From Eledone cirrhosa (Eukaryota), in assembly GCA_964016885.1 (NCBI GenBank), contig OZ024742.1:40796001-40860000 (forward strand): a stretch of DNA of 64,000 bases, given 5' to 3'. Numbering within the stretch: the first letter of the stretch is position 1; every line of letters begins with the position of its first letter. Below, one piece after another: positions 53,581 to 64,000 of this stretch. The notes under the pieces are model-generated. The model ran no database searches, was not told where the DNA came from, and was given only the letters and a program-made list of their open reading frames with translations. A program made the position numbers and the translations under genes.

Positions 53581-53606
53581 GCCCTAGATATATATACACA
53601 CACACA

Positions 53607-53658
<52 letters not shown>

Positions 53659-53814
53659 GCACACCAGTCTAGTTTAGGACCGTTGAGCTAGTTACAATTT
53701 TTTTAATATAAAATTAATTTAGAATTGACGGCTTCTGCGCATGTTTTTTTTTGGGGGGGGACAATAAGAAAATAGTCTAAGACGTAGAGCATATAGGGCC
53801 TCGTTAATGGTAAA

Positions 53815-53882
53815 AAGTGTCACCAGTGGAACTCGAACCCAACTGCCAATAACTATGCAGCTGCGCTACCATTATACTAATG
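53815..53882 (-). other. tRNA-like head (probably a SINE or pseudo-tRNA)
   Basis: Reverse complement has A-box tagtataatgg and B-box ggttcgagttc; the anticodon arm is degenerate. Confidence 0.4.
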
Positions 53883-54011
53883 TAAAGCTGACCATTTTTT
53901 TCTATTGAGAACTGCTAAGCGAGTTACGTAGGTTTGAATTTATAGCTAACATACGTTTTTGACTATGAAATTTCATAAGCTGGCTACTCCGTTTGAACCG
54001 AGAGTGGTCCA

Positions 54012-54084
<73 letters not shown>

Positions 54085-54404
54085 AACACACGCACACACG
54101 CACGCACACACACACAAACACTCACAGACACACCAAAAGATAGAGAGAAACGTATGTGTATGTAGGATCATACACGACTTTCATAGTGAGTTCTCGTTAC
54201 TCAGTTGTTTTTGAACTGTAATGTTTATTCGCTCTTTGGAATAGAGATATAAAATATTCATACAAGCTATACAATCTGTTCAGTCTTAAACTGAATCAGA
54301 AAATCAAATATCTAAATTCTATAAATCTTTAATTTTTTTTAATTATAGCTTCAGCGCCAGTTTAATAAATTTCTGAAAATATATACACACACATATATAC
54401 ATAC

Positions 54405-54443
<39 letters not shown>

Positions 54444-54444
54444 C

Positions 54445-54703
54445 AGGGAATGACAGCTTCCTACTCCTAGTCAAGCTGGAGTCAGGGTTCCAGAGCAAGA
54501 GAGCGGATATGATTTCATTGCTGGCACGGTGACAGTGGCCAGCAAATTGAGCTAGGAGTAGGAAGCTGTCATTCTCTGACGTTATCTCTAGGGATACGGG
54601 AATCAGTAGACAGGACCTGGGGGCAGCGATGGGGGACAGAGAATTCTGGGGCATGAGAGTGTGATCCATCATCTCGACAGTAGTCGACGAATGATGATGA
54701 TGA
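54445..54703. mobile_element. RTE-type LINE 3' end with a 5' inversion and a (TGA)n tail
   Basis: Minus QFAGHCHRA...LLLWNP...RSRKLSF; plus RSRKLSFSDVISRDTG...AMGDREFW. Confidence 0.75.
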
Positions 54704-54726
54704 TATATATACATATATATATATAT

Positions 54727-54757
<31 letters not shown>

Positions 54758-54961
54758 AATGTATAAAAGAGAAAACACAGGTAAGCATTAAGAGAAGGAT
54801 TTAATCCAGGTATTTACGACCGTTTCATTGGTAAGTGCAACCTTATATTGCTACTTGTGGAGTTACCCCTAACCGTACGTTGAAACCATCCATGAAACTG
54901 GCTTTCTTAACCCAAAACTGGATTACAATAAGCAATTTTTTGCTTCTCTAACTGTATATAA

Positions 54962-55136
<175 letters not shown>

Positions 55137-55148
55137 TATATATATATT

Positions 55149-55187
<39 letters not shown>

Positions 55188-55200
55188 ATATATATATGTA

Positions 55201-55239
<39 letters not shown>

Positions 55240-55321
55240 GTTATTCCGGGTTGAATCGGAGGTAACCACAGTAAGTAAGGTACTCAATACATAGCAGAGT
55301 ATAAAAGTTTTAATATAGATG

Positions 55322-55372
55322 AGATTCTACAGGACTAGAACTGTTTCATTCATTAGAAATCATCAGGAATCT
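55322..55372 (-). ncRNA. Type I hammerhead ribozyme (inverted pLTR copy)
   Basis: Reverse complement of 61145-61195. Confidence 0.85.
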
Positions 55373-55957
55373 GGGTATTAAAAAATAAAAATGGTATTTA
55401 TAGGTCTCTACAAGTGGTAGGAGAGGGTGGGGAGTGGGATGGGTGCAGGTCATTGGTTGATAGAAAAGGGAATTCACTAAAAGCTAATTCTACAAAGCTA
55501 TAGTTTATTTTTATTTATTTATGTTATTAGAGTAACAAGGGCAGACAGAATTCTATAAACAGGTTCCGGATGGCATACCATTCCTTGTCATTAAGTTTCT
55601 CTTAAGCTAACAGATGTCTATAAAATCAGTGGGGGGTCAGTCATGGTCAATAGAATTAAAGAAAAGGGAGATTCTTTAAAAGCTAAAATCATTAAGGTTC
55701 TACTAAGTGACAAAGGTCTAGAGAATTCCGTAGACGGATTCAAAATACTGAGTGCATATCTTACAATTATCTTCGAACTTCTCTTAAACTAATCAACTAT
55801 ATGCCAAAAATCAACAGACACATTCACAAAAAAATAAAAAAACATACTCACTCACACACTTACGCACAACCATAAACACACACACAAACACATATACACA
55901 CATAAAAACACACACACATATATAAAAATATATTCACATACATACATATACATACAC

Positions 55958-56016
<59 letters not shown>

Positions 56017-56297
56017 CACACATATATACATACACACACACATACACATATATACACACACACACACATATATACACATATAAATACACTCACACACATA
56101 CATACAAACACAGCTATACATGTGTATACATATACACACAAATACATATAGACATATATACATACATATACACAGGTATATATATATATATACACATATA
56201 TATACACATATATACATATATATATATATATATATACACATAAATATATACATATATATAAAAATATACACACACATACATACACACACACAGATAT

Positions 56298-56464
<167 letters not shown>

Positions 56465-56641
56465 CACATACAAACACACATACAAACATACATATACACA
56501 TACATATATATAAACATATATTAAAACTTTTATACTCTGCTATGTATTGAGTACCTTACTTACTGTGGTTACCTCCGATTCACCCGGAATAACGTACATT
56601 TTAGCACTCTCTGTGCCCCTTATAACCATCATCAAGAAACC

Positions 56642-58777
56642 ATGCTGACCAAACTCGACCTTGATATTTCCTTGAAGAACATCCCTATCCCTCCAAGGAA
56701 ACTATACTTAAAAACACTCATCAGACGTACCGACGAGTTCATCAAGCGAATTAGATGGAGGGCCTTCTTCCTCGACAACCCTGATGTAGCATCTACCAAT
56801 GATGAGAAGTTCGGCTTCAAAACGAATAAGACACTACCCACCAACAGCCTACTCCAACCATTTGAAGAAGACCTCTTCAAGATGATCAAGGATATTAAAT
56901 TCCGTAGAGCCACCACACCATTCCAGGCCTACTTAAATGCCGAATTACGGAATATAAAAAAATCCCCTAATCTTTATGTCTCCTCCGATAAAACCAAAAA
57001 CGTTTATGAGGTAGACCCACAGACCTACAATAAGCTGGCAAAAAATACCATCACGACCACCTACAAAAAGGTAATAGAGAGGGCACTGACTGAGACAAAC
57101 GCGGCCGGAAAAGAAATCGCCAAGTCCCTTAAATTACATGACCGAACCGAACCTTTAAGGGTAAAGACCCCGCACTTTACCCTGAAGGACCATAAGGGAA
57201 ATTTCCTCAACAAACCATCAGTCAGACTTATCAACCCCACTCGTTCTGACATCGGCTCTATCAGTAAGAAGATCCTGGATAGAGTTCTACCATCATTGCG
57301 GGCAGCCTCACCACTTCCACTCTGGAGTAGAACATCTGAGGCAATATCATGGTTCCAAGAATTACCCGATAAACACCGCACTCGCTTCCTGCAACTCGAC
57401 ATAGAAAACTACTATGCCTCTATCTCGGAGCCCCTCCTGAAGGACGCAATTAACTTTGCCAGGAATTTTACCACCATTACCGATGCTGAGCAAGTTATTA
57501 TCCTCCACGCTCGTAAGACCTTTCTTTACCACGATGGATCTTACTGGATCAACAAGAAATCTCAGACCCCATTTGACGTTAGCATGGGGGCGAGTGACTC
57601 GGCTGAAATTAGCGACCTTGTGGGCCTGTACATCCTACATAACCTGAAGAACCTCTTTACCGGCCTAACGGGAGGTTTATACCGAGACGACGGCCTCTTC
57701 GCCCTGCATAAGGTTAACCCCAGAACCACCGATGGGTTTCGGAAAAACTTAAGCTCTTTCTTCTCTAATCTAGGATTTAGTATAACTATAGATTCTAATT
57801 TGACTAGGGCCAACTTCTTAGATGTCACTCTCGACCTAGATACTTCCCTCTATTACCCGTACCACAAACCTAACGAGTCCCTTAAATATATTAATGTTAA
57901 TTCAAACCACCCCCAAAACATCACTGATAACCTAGTAAAAAGCGTCTCTATTAGAATATCTGGCCTCTCCGCCAACAAAGATATTTTTAATGCATCTGCC
58001 TCCTACTACAATGACGCCCTCGCCCGTAGCGGATTTAAAGATAAGATAACTTACCTAGAAACCACCGCAAGATTGCAGAGGAGGAATAGACATAGGCAGA
58101 TTAGCTGGTACAACCCTCCCTTCAATAGAGAGGTATCTACTCCGATAGCTAGGATTTTCTTCACTTTACTGAAATTACACTTCCCCATACAACATAGGTA
58201 CTACACCATCTTTAACACTATAAGACTGTCTTACTCCACCACACCTAACCTAGCTAGGAATATAGCCAACCACAATTCTAAATTAAATAAGCCAACCACC
58301 TCCGAAACCAATCCCCGGACTGGGGCTCTATGTAATTGCCTAAATAAGGAAGCATGCCCACTTGAAAACAAATGCCTCACAAATGACATCGTATACAAAT
58401 GCGATGTCATCTCAGGCACCGAGGATTGCAAAAAAACTTACATCGGCATGACCTCCAACAACTTTAAGACCCGTTGGTATGGCCATACCCACTCCTTCAG
58501 AAGACCGGATAAATCAAATCAGACAACACTCGCCTCCTACGTTTGGGACCTCAAAAGGAACTCCACCCCCTTCACGCTTAAATGGAAAATACTCCAGAAA
58601 GCGCGCTCTTACAACGGAGGACACAAGGGCTGCGACCTTTGTATTTCAGAGAGCTACGAAATTTTATTCGCCAAGGGCCCGCTACTGAACAAACTCTCTG
58701 AACACTGCCCGAACTGCATGCACAAGAACTTTGCAACTTTCAAACACTTTAAGCCAGTGTTAAAGCCCGATGGCTAA
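56642..58777 (+). CDS. PLE reverse transcriptase + GIY-YIG endonuclease (711 aa, uninterrupted)
   Basis: [60 protein letters not shown], CxCx5Cx5C linker, IVY...[15 protein letters not shown]. Confidence 0.93.
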   Translation: MLTKLDLDISLKNIPIPPRKLYLKTLIRRTDEFIKRIRWRAFFLDNPDVASTNDEKFGFKTNKTLPTNSLLQPFEEDLFKMIKDIKFRRATTPFQAYLNAELRNIKKSPNLYVSSDKTKNVYEVDPQTYNKLAKNTITTTYKKVIERALTETNAAGKEIAKSLKLHDRTEPLRVKTPHFTLKDHKGNFLNKPSVRLINPTRSDIGSISKKILDRVLPSLRAASPLPLWSRTSEAISWFQELPDKHRTRFLQLDIENYYASISEPLLKDAINFARNFTTITDAEQVIILHARKTFLYHDGSYWINKKSQTPFDVSMGASDSAEISDLVGLYILHNLKNLFTGLTGGLYRDDGLFALHKVNPRTTDGFRKNLSSFFSNLGFSITIDSNLTRANFLDVTLDLDTSLYYPYHKPNESLKYINVNSNHPQNITDNLVKSVSIRISGLSANKDIFNASASYYNDALARSGFKDKITYLETTARLQRRNRHRQISWYNPPFNREVSTPIARIFFTLLKLHFPIQHRYYTIFNTIRLSYSTTPNLARNIANHNSKLNKPTTSETNPRTGALCNCLNKEACPLENKCLTNDIVYKCDVISGTEDCKKTYIGMTSNNFKTRWYGHTHSFRRPDKSNQTTLASYVWDLKRNSTPFTLKWKILQKARSYNGGHKGCDLCISESYEILFAKGPLLNKLSEHCPNCMHKNFATFKHFKPVLKPDG

Positions 58778-58919
58778 AAACGACCTCCCCCTATTGGCCC
58801 CTAAACCTCCTCCCCACCCTACCCCCACCCCTCCTCAACCTGAAATACGTCCACTATGGTTATGTGAGTACCTCTTTCGTATCTACATTTTCTGCCTGCA
58901 GAGGTGTCTTTATGTGCCT

Positions 58920-59200
58920 GCGTATATGCGTATATTTATTGAGTACCTATTTATTTGTATGTGTATATATTTGTTTGTATGTGTGTATATGTATGTGTAT
59001 GTGTATATATATATATATATATGTTTGTGTGTATATGTGTTTTATGTGTGTATATTTATGTATGTATATGTATGTATATATGTGTATATATATGTATATA
59101 TATATATGTGTATATATGTGTATGTATGTATGTATGTATGTATGTGTATGTATGTATGTATGTTTATGTATATATGTGTATGCATATGTATGTGTATGTG

Positions 59201-59287
<87 letters not shown>

Positions 59288-59307
59288 ATGTGTGTATGTG
59301 TGTGCGC

Positions 59308-59375
<68 letters not shown>

Positions 59376-59416
59376 GTGTGGGCAGGTGTGTATATATATA
59401 TATGTGTGTGTGTATT

Positions 59417-59498
<82 letters not shown>

Positions 59499-59578
59499 TG
59501 TATATGTGTATATATATATGTATGTGTATGTGTGTGTATATATATATATGTGTGTATATGTATATATGTATATATGAA

Positions 59579-59624
<46 letters not shown>

Positions 59625-59688
59625 TGAGAGAGAGTGTGTATATATATTTGTGTGTGTGTGTGTATGTGTGTATGCGTGTGTGTATATA

Positions 59689-59777
<89 letters not shown>

Positions 59778-59871
59778 GTGTGTATATATGCGTTATATGT
59801 CTGTATATATATGTGTATATTTATGTATAGGTCTGTGTATGTATGTGTATGTTTGTATATATATGGATATA

Positions 59872-59911
<40 letters not shown>

Positions 59912-59999
59912 TTTATACATATGCATGTGTATGTGTGTGTGTGTGTGTGTGTATATGTGTATATATGTGTGTGCGTGTATATATATGTGTGTGTATATG

Positions 60000-60038
<39 letters not shown>

Positions 60039-60136
60039 ATATATATATATATGTATGTATGTATGTGTGTGTGTATGTGTATATATATATATATGTGTGT
60101 GTGTATGTGTGTGTATATGTGTATATATAATATGTA

Positions 60137-60207
<71 letters not shown>

Positions 60208-60293
60208 ATAAATATGTATATACATACGTGTATATATGTGTATATATATGTTATATATATGTATGTGTATATGTATGTTTGTATGTGTGTTTG

Positions 60294-60368
<75 letters not shown>

Positions 60369-60497
60369 ATATATGTGTGTGTGTATATATGTATGTGTGT
60401 GTATATTTTTATATATATGTATATATTTATGTGTATATATGTGTGTGTGTGTGTATATATGTGTATGTGTGTGTGTATGTATATATGTGTGTGTGTG

Positions 60498-60558
<61 letters not shown>

Positions 60559-60665
60559 TGTGTATGTATATGTATGTATATGAATATATTTTTATATATG
60601 TGTGTGTGTTTTTATGTGTGTATATGTGTTTGTGTGTGTGTTTATGGTTGTGCGTAAGTGTGTGA
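58920..60665 (+). repeat. Complex (TA/TG) microsatellite within the PLE 3' UTR
   Basis: Lies between the ORF stop and the HHR; its distal part is mirrored at 55850-56516. Confidence 0.9.
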
Positions 60666-61144
60666 GTGAGTATGTTTTTTTGTTTTTTTGTGAATGTGTC
60701 TGTTGATTTTTGGCATATAGTTGATTAGTTTAAGAGAAGTTCGAAGATAATTGTAAGATATGCACTCAGTATTTTGAATCTGTCTACGGAATTCTCTAGA
60801 CCTTTGTCACTTAGTAGAACCTTAATGATTTTAGCTTTTAAAGAATCTCCCTTTTCTTTAATTCTATCGACCATGACTGACCCCCCACTGATTTTATAGA
60901 CATCTGTTAGCTTAAGAGAAACTTAATGACAAGGAATGGTATGCCATCCGGAACCTGTTTATAGAATTCCGTCTGCCCTTGTTACTCTAATAACATAAAT
61001 AAATAAAAATAAACTATAGCTTTGTAGAATTAGCTTTTAGTGAATTCCCTTTTCTATCAACCAATGACCTGCACCCATCCCACTCCCCACCCTCTCCTAC
61101 CACTTGTAGAGACCTATAAATACCATTTTTATTTTTTGATACCC

Positions 61145-61195
61145 AGATTCCTGATGATTTCTAATGAATGAAACAGTTCTAGTCCTGTAGAATCT
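61145..61195 (+). ncRNA. Type I hammerhead ribozyme
   Basis: agattc CTGATGA t ttc taat gaa t GAAA cag ttctagtc ctg TA gaatct. Confidence 0.88.
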
Positions 61196-61207
61196 CATCT
61201 ATATTAA

Positions 61208-61293
<86 letters not shown>

Positions 61294-61297
<4 letters not shown>

Positions 61298-61775
61298 ATA
61301 AATTAACGGAGGCATAGCCCGTCGTTATTCCCTGTAAATAATGTGCTCAAAGGGGAAGAGATCCTGAGCCCTTTAAAATATAATATGTTGAGAAGGTAAC
61401 ACACTAGAGAGAGATATATAGTGCGTTATCAATGGCTCACTGCCCTTAAACACGCTGTGACTTCTCTCTCCCACGTGTAGCTGGACAGTTAATTGTAAAA
61501 TTCTCTTAGTGTTGTCTGAAATGTATGGCCTTACACACGCTGATGAACCGAGACTAGACCATTTCTTTCAACAAATTTTTGGTGAAACATATCTTTGGAT
61601 TTGTACGTGTGTTATATAGTTATAAAGGTATTTATTTACGCTTTAATTTATATTTTTAATTATCGTGTCTATAGTCTGCCTTTCATAGGTTATAGATTCC
61701 ATACACTGGTGGTTTTTCCCCGTTTTATTGATAACGCACTATATATCTCTCTCTGGTGTGTTACCTTCTCAACAT
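61294..61775 (+). mobile_element. Small non-coding HHR element with an inverted end
   Basis: 61384-61433 is inverted at 61727-61776; contains the HHR at 61533-61612; flanked by (TA)n. Confidence 0.8.
61533..61612 (+). ncRNA. Type I hammerhead ribozyme
   Basis: acacacg CTGATGA accgaga...ttttggt GAAA catatc tttg gatttg TA cgtgtgt. Confidence 0.88.
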
Positions 61776-61784
61776 ATATATATA

Positions 61785-62146
61785 TATAAAGAAAAAGAGA
61801 TGAAATCGAAAATGCAACTGGAGTCTTATTTTTTTTTTAAATATATATATTTATTTGGTTCCTTTACCGGTTTCGCAGTTCTTCTGCTTTTCAAAAGGTG
61901 AGTTGAGATGGAGGGTCTGTGGTTTTTCTCACATCTCACAGATGTGAGAAAAACTACAGACCCTCCATATCAACTCACCTTTTGAAAAGCAGAAGAACTG
62001 CAAAACCGGTAAAGGAACCAAATAAATATATATATTTTTTTAAAAAATAAGACTCCAGTTGCATTTTCGATTTCATCTCTTTTTCTTTATACTTTCACTC
62101 GTGTAGGACACCTCGGTTATTTTTCATTTTGTAAAAAAAAACTCAC

Positions 62147-62153
<7 letters not shown>
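61785..62153. mobile_element. Fold-back element: arms of about 152 bp, 3-nt loop, one-sided tail; minimal HHR in each arm
   Basis: Arms 61785-61936 and 61940-62091. Minus HHR at 61861-61898: cctt TTGAAAA gcag aagaa ctgc GAAA ccgg TA aagg. The plus copy at 61978-62015 has G12>A. Confidence 0.88.
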
Positions 62154-62216
<63 letters not shown>

Positions 62217-62270
62217 TTATTTATTTATGAAAATAAAACAAATAAGCCTTCAATACATCAAAAGTCTTTA

Positions 62271-62312
62271 TTAGCTAACAATGTTTCGTCCTATTAAGGA
62301 CTCATCATGGCA
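62271..62312 (-). ncRNA. Degenerate hammerhead-like motif
   Basis: Reverse complement: ATGATGA gtcc ttaata ggac GAAA cattg TT. Confidence 0.5.
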
Positions 62313-63303
62313 ATCAAAACTACAAGAAGCACTATCGGCCAATACAAGCCGAAAACTCCGAAGAATATGGAGTGTACATACACTAAAGTATTGGAAGATT
62401 ATGGGTAAAAATATATAATAAAAATCACTAAGGAGGTGGATAACATTTTGAACCATATTACAAATATAGTCCAAAGCAAAAAAACTAGAGCTAAACAAAG
62501 GTGGTTATATAGAGCGTGAATTATAGTACTATATGTAATACAATATAATATAATATTATATACTTGTAACAATATTAAAATTAAAATTAAAATTAAAAGG
62601 CACAATATCCATATGTATATATATACACACACGTACGCACATATACATATACATCAATACACATTTCAACACGCTCCAGTATTTTAATCCTTATATATAT
62701 ATATATATACATATATTTTGCGGTATATACATTATACTTAATTTCATTGTTTTTCCTTTGTATTGGGTATTTCTATATAAGAGTCAGACTAAAATTGTCT
62801 GTTGATTAGAAAGATATTTTATGTTCATTATTTGTTAAATTGTTAACCTCCCGCTGAGCTATTTCAGTTATAAAATAGTTCTGTATTGTAACCCCTTGTC
62901 TCAAAATATGACGTGTCAAGCCATTTCCAAGATGGCCGAATTTTTTATGAAATTCAAGTTATTTTAGAGCAACCACGATTCAGATGTAGCGAAAAGAATA
63001 TATCTTGAACAACAAACAAACGTTTCATAACAAAGTTTGTGCGCGAGTGTGTGTGTGTGGGGGGGGGTATGTACGTGTGTGTGTATGTACGTTGTATGAG
63101 TGTGTGTATGTGTGTGCGTGTGGGGGGGGGGGTATGTACATGTGTGTGTGTTTGCATGTGTGTGTGTGTTTGCATGTGTGTGTGTTTGCATGAGTGTGTA
63201 TGTACATGTGTGTGTGTTTGCACTCGCGCGAAATTAAACGGAAAACAACGCAGCAAAACGATACCCTACAGTACAATGAATATATTATATATATATATAA
63301 ACG

Positions 63304-63425
63304 TGAAGGCATGTGGCTGAGTGGTTAGAGAATTGGATTCACAATCTTGAAGTTGTGAGTTCGATTCCTGGACCGGACGATGCGTTATGTCCTTGAGCAA
63401 GACACTTATTTCACGTTGCTCCTTC
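63304..63425 (+). mobile_element. Family-B SINE (3'-truncated)
   Basis: tggctgagtgg A-box, gagttcgattcc B-box, tgtccttgagcaagacactt. Confidence 0.8.
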
Positions 63426-63536
63426 TACCTGGAGTTGCGACCGATAGATAGTATTAGCAATTGGAAAGACCAATGGAAACATTGTTTCCTCGGTCCGATT
63501 TGACGAAAGTCGATATATATATATATATATATATAT

Positions 63537-63718
63537 AACGAAGGAAATGTGGTAAGGAACCAGGTGGACCATAACGCACCAAAGTACTCAATACTTGAGG
63601 TAGTAGAGTGGGTAATAGGAACCAGTAAGACCCCGACAGCTGAGCTCAAGCCGTTTCGACGGCTAATTCGCCGTCGAAACGGCTTGAGCTCAGCTGTCGG
63701 GGTCTTACTGGTTCCTAT
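63537..63718. mobile_element. Perfect 49-bp-arm palindrome plus tail, containing half an HHR, in (TA)n
   Basis: Arms 63615-63663 and 63670-63718, loop taattc. Confidence 0.92.
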
Positions 63719-63892
63719 ATATATATATATATATATATATTAGTTTAATGCTTGATATAGAACGTTGTGGACGTTGTGGATGTTAGTATTTCAACAGAAT
63801 ATAGAATGAAAAATAAAAGAAGATAAATGAGAAGGATAAGAAATTATGCATATATATACATATATATATCATTTCTCATTCTTTTCATTATC

Positions 63893-64000
<108 letters not shown>

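Noticed and set aside
53815-53882. Functional tRNA gene
   Set aside because: Only A/B boxes and a partial fold; no convincing anticodon arm.
54812-54900. Minus-strand GAAAC...TA half-hammerhead
   Set aside because: No CUGANGA half is detectable.

Overview
AT-rich eukaryotic (metazoan) intergenic or intronic DNA. I found no host protein-coding exon, and most ORFs in the track are translations of (TA)n/(CA)n/(GA)n/(AAT)n microsatellites. The tRNA-derived SINEs resemble octopus SINEs as I remember them, so a cephalopod source is likely but unverified. The window is a dense retroelement landscape. (1) One (AAT)n microsatellite (16.5-35.6 kb) holds two head-to-tail full-length L1/Tx1-clade elements and five Dong/R4-clade copies. 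(2) There are several Penelope-like elements (PLEs): an intact Naiad-type RT+GIY-YIG ORF (56642-58777), two truncated Naiad-type copies and a Neptune-type copy. (3) About 20 hammerhead-ribozyme (HHR) motifs, parsed by eye, include a non-coding 630-nt retrozyme-like unit bounded by two HHRs (48579-49632). (4) Seven PLE-type inverted insertions into (TA)n share one architecture: inverted arms plus a one-sided 60-110 nt tail. There are also SINEs, mariner-type MITEs, a non-autonomous Helitron, 5'-inverted RTE fragments and a 21-bp minisatellite derived from a SINE head. All alignments and folds were done by eye; element boundaries are approximate.
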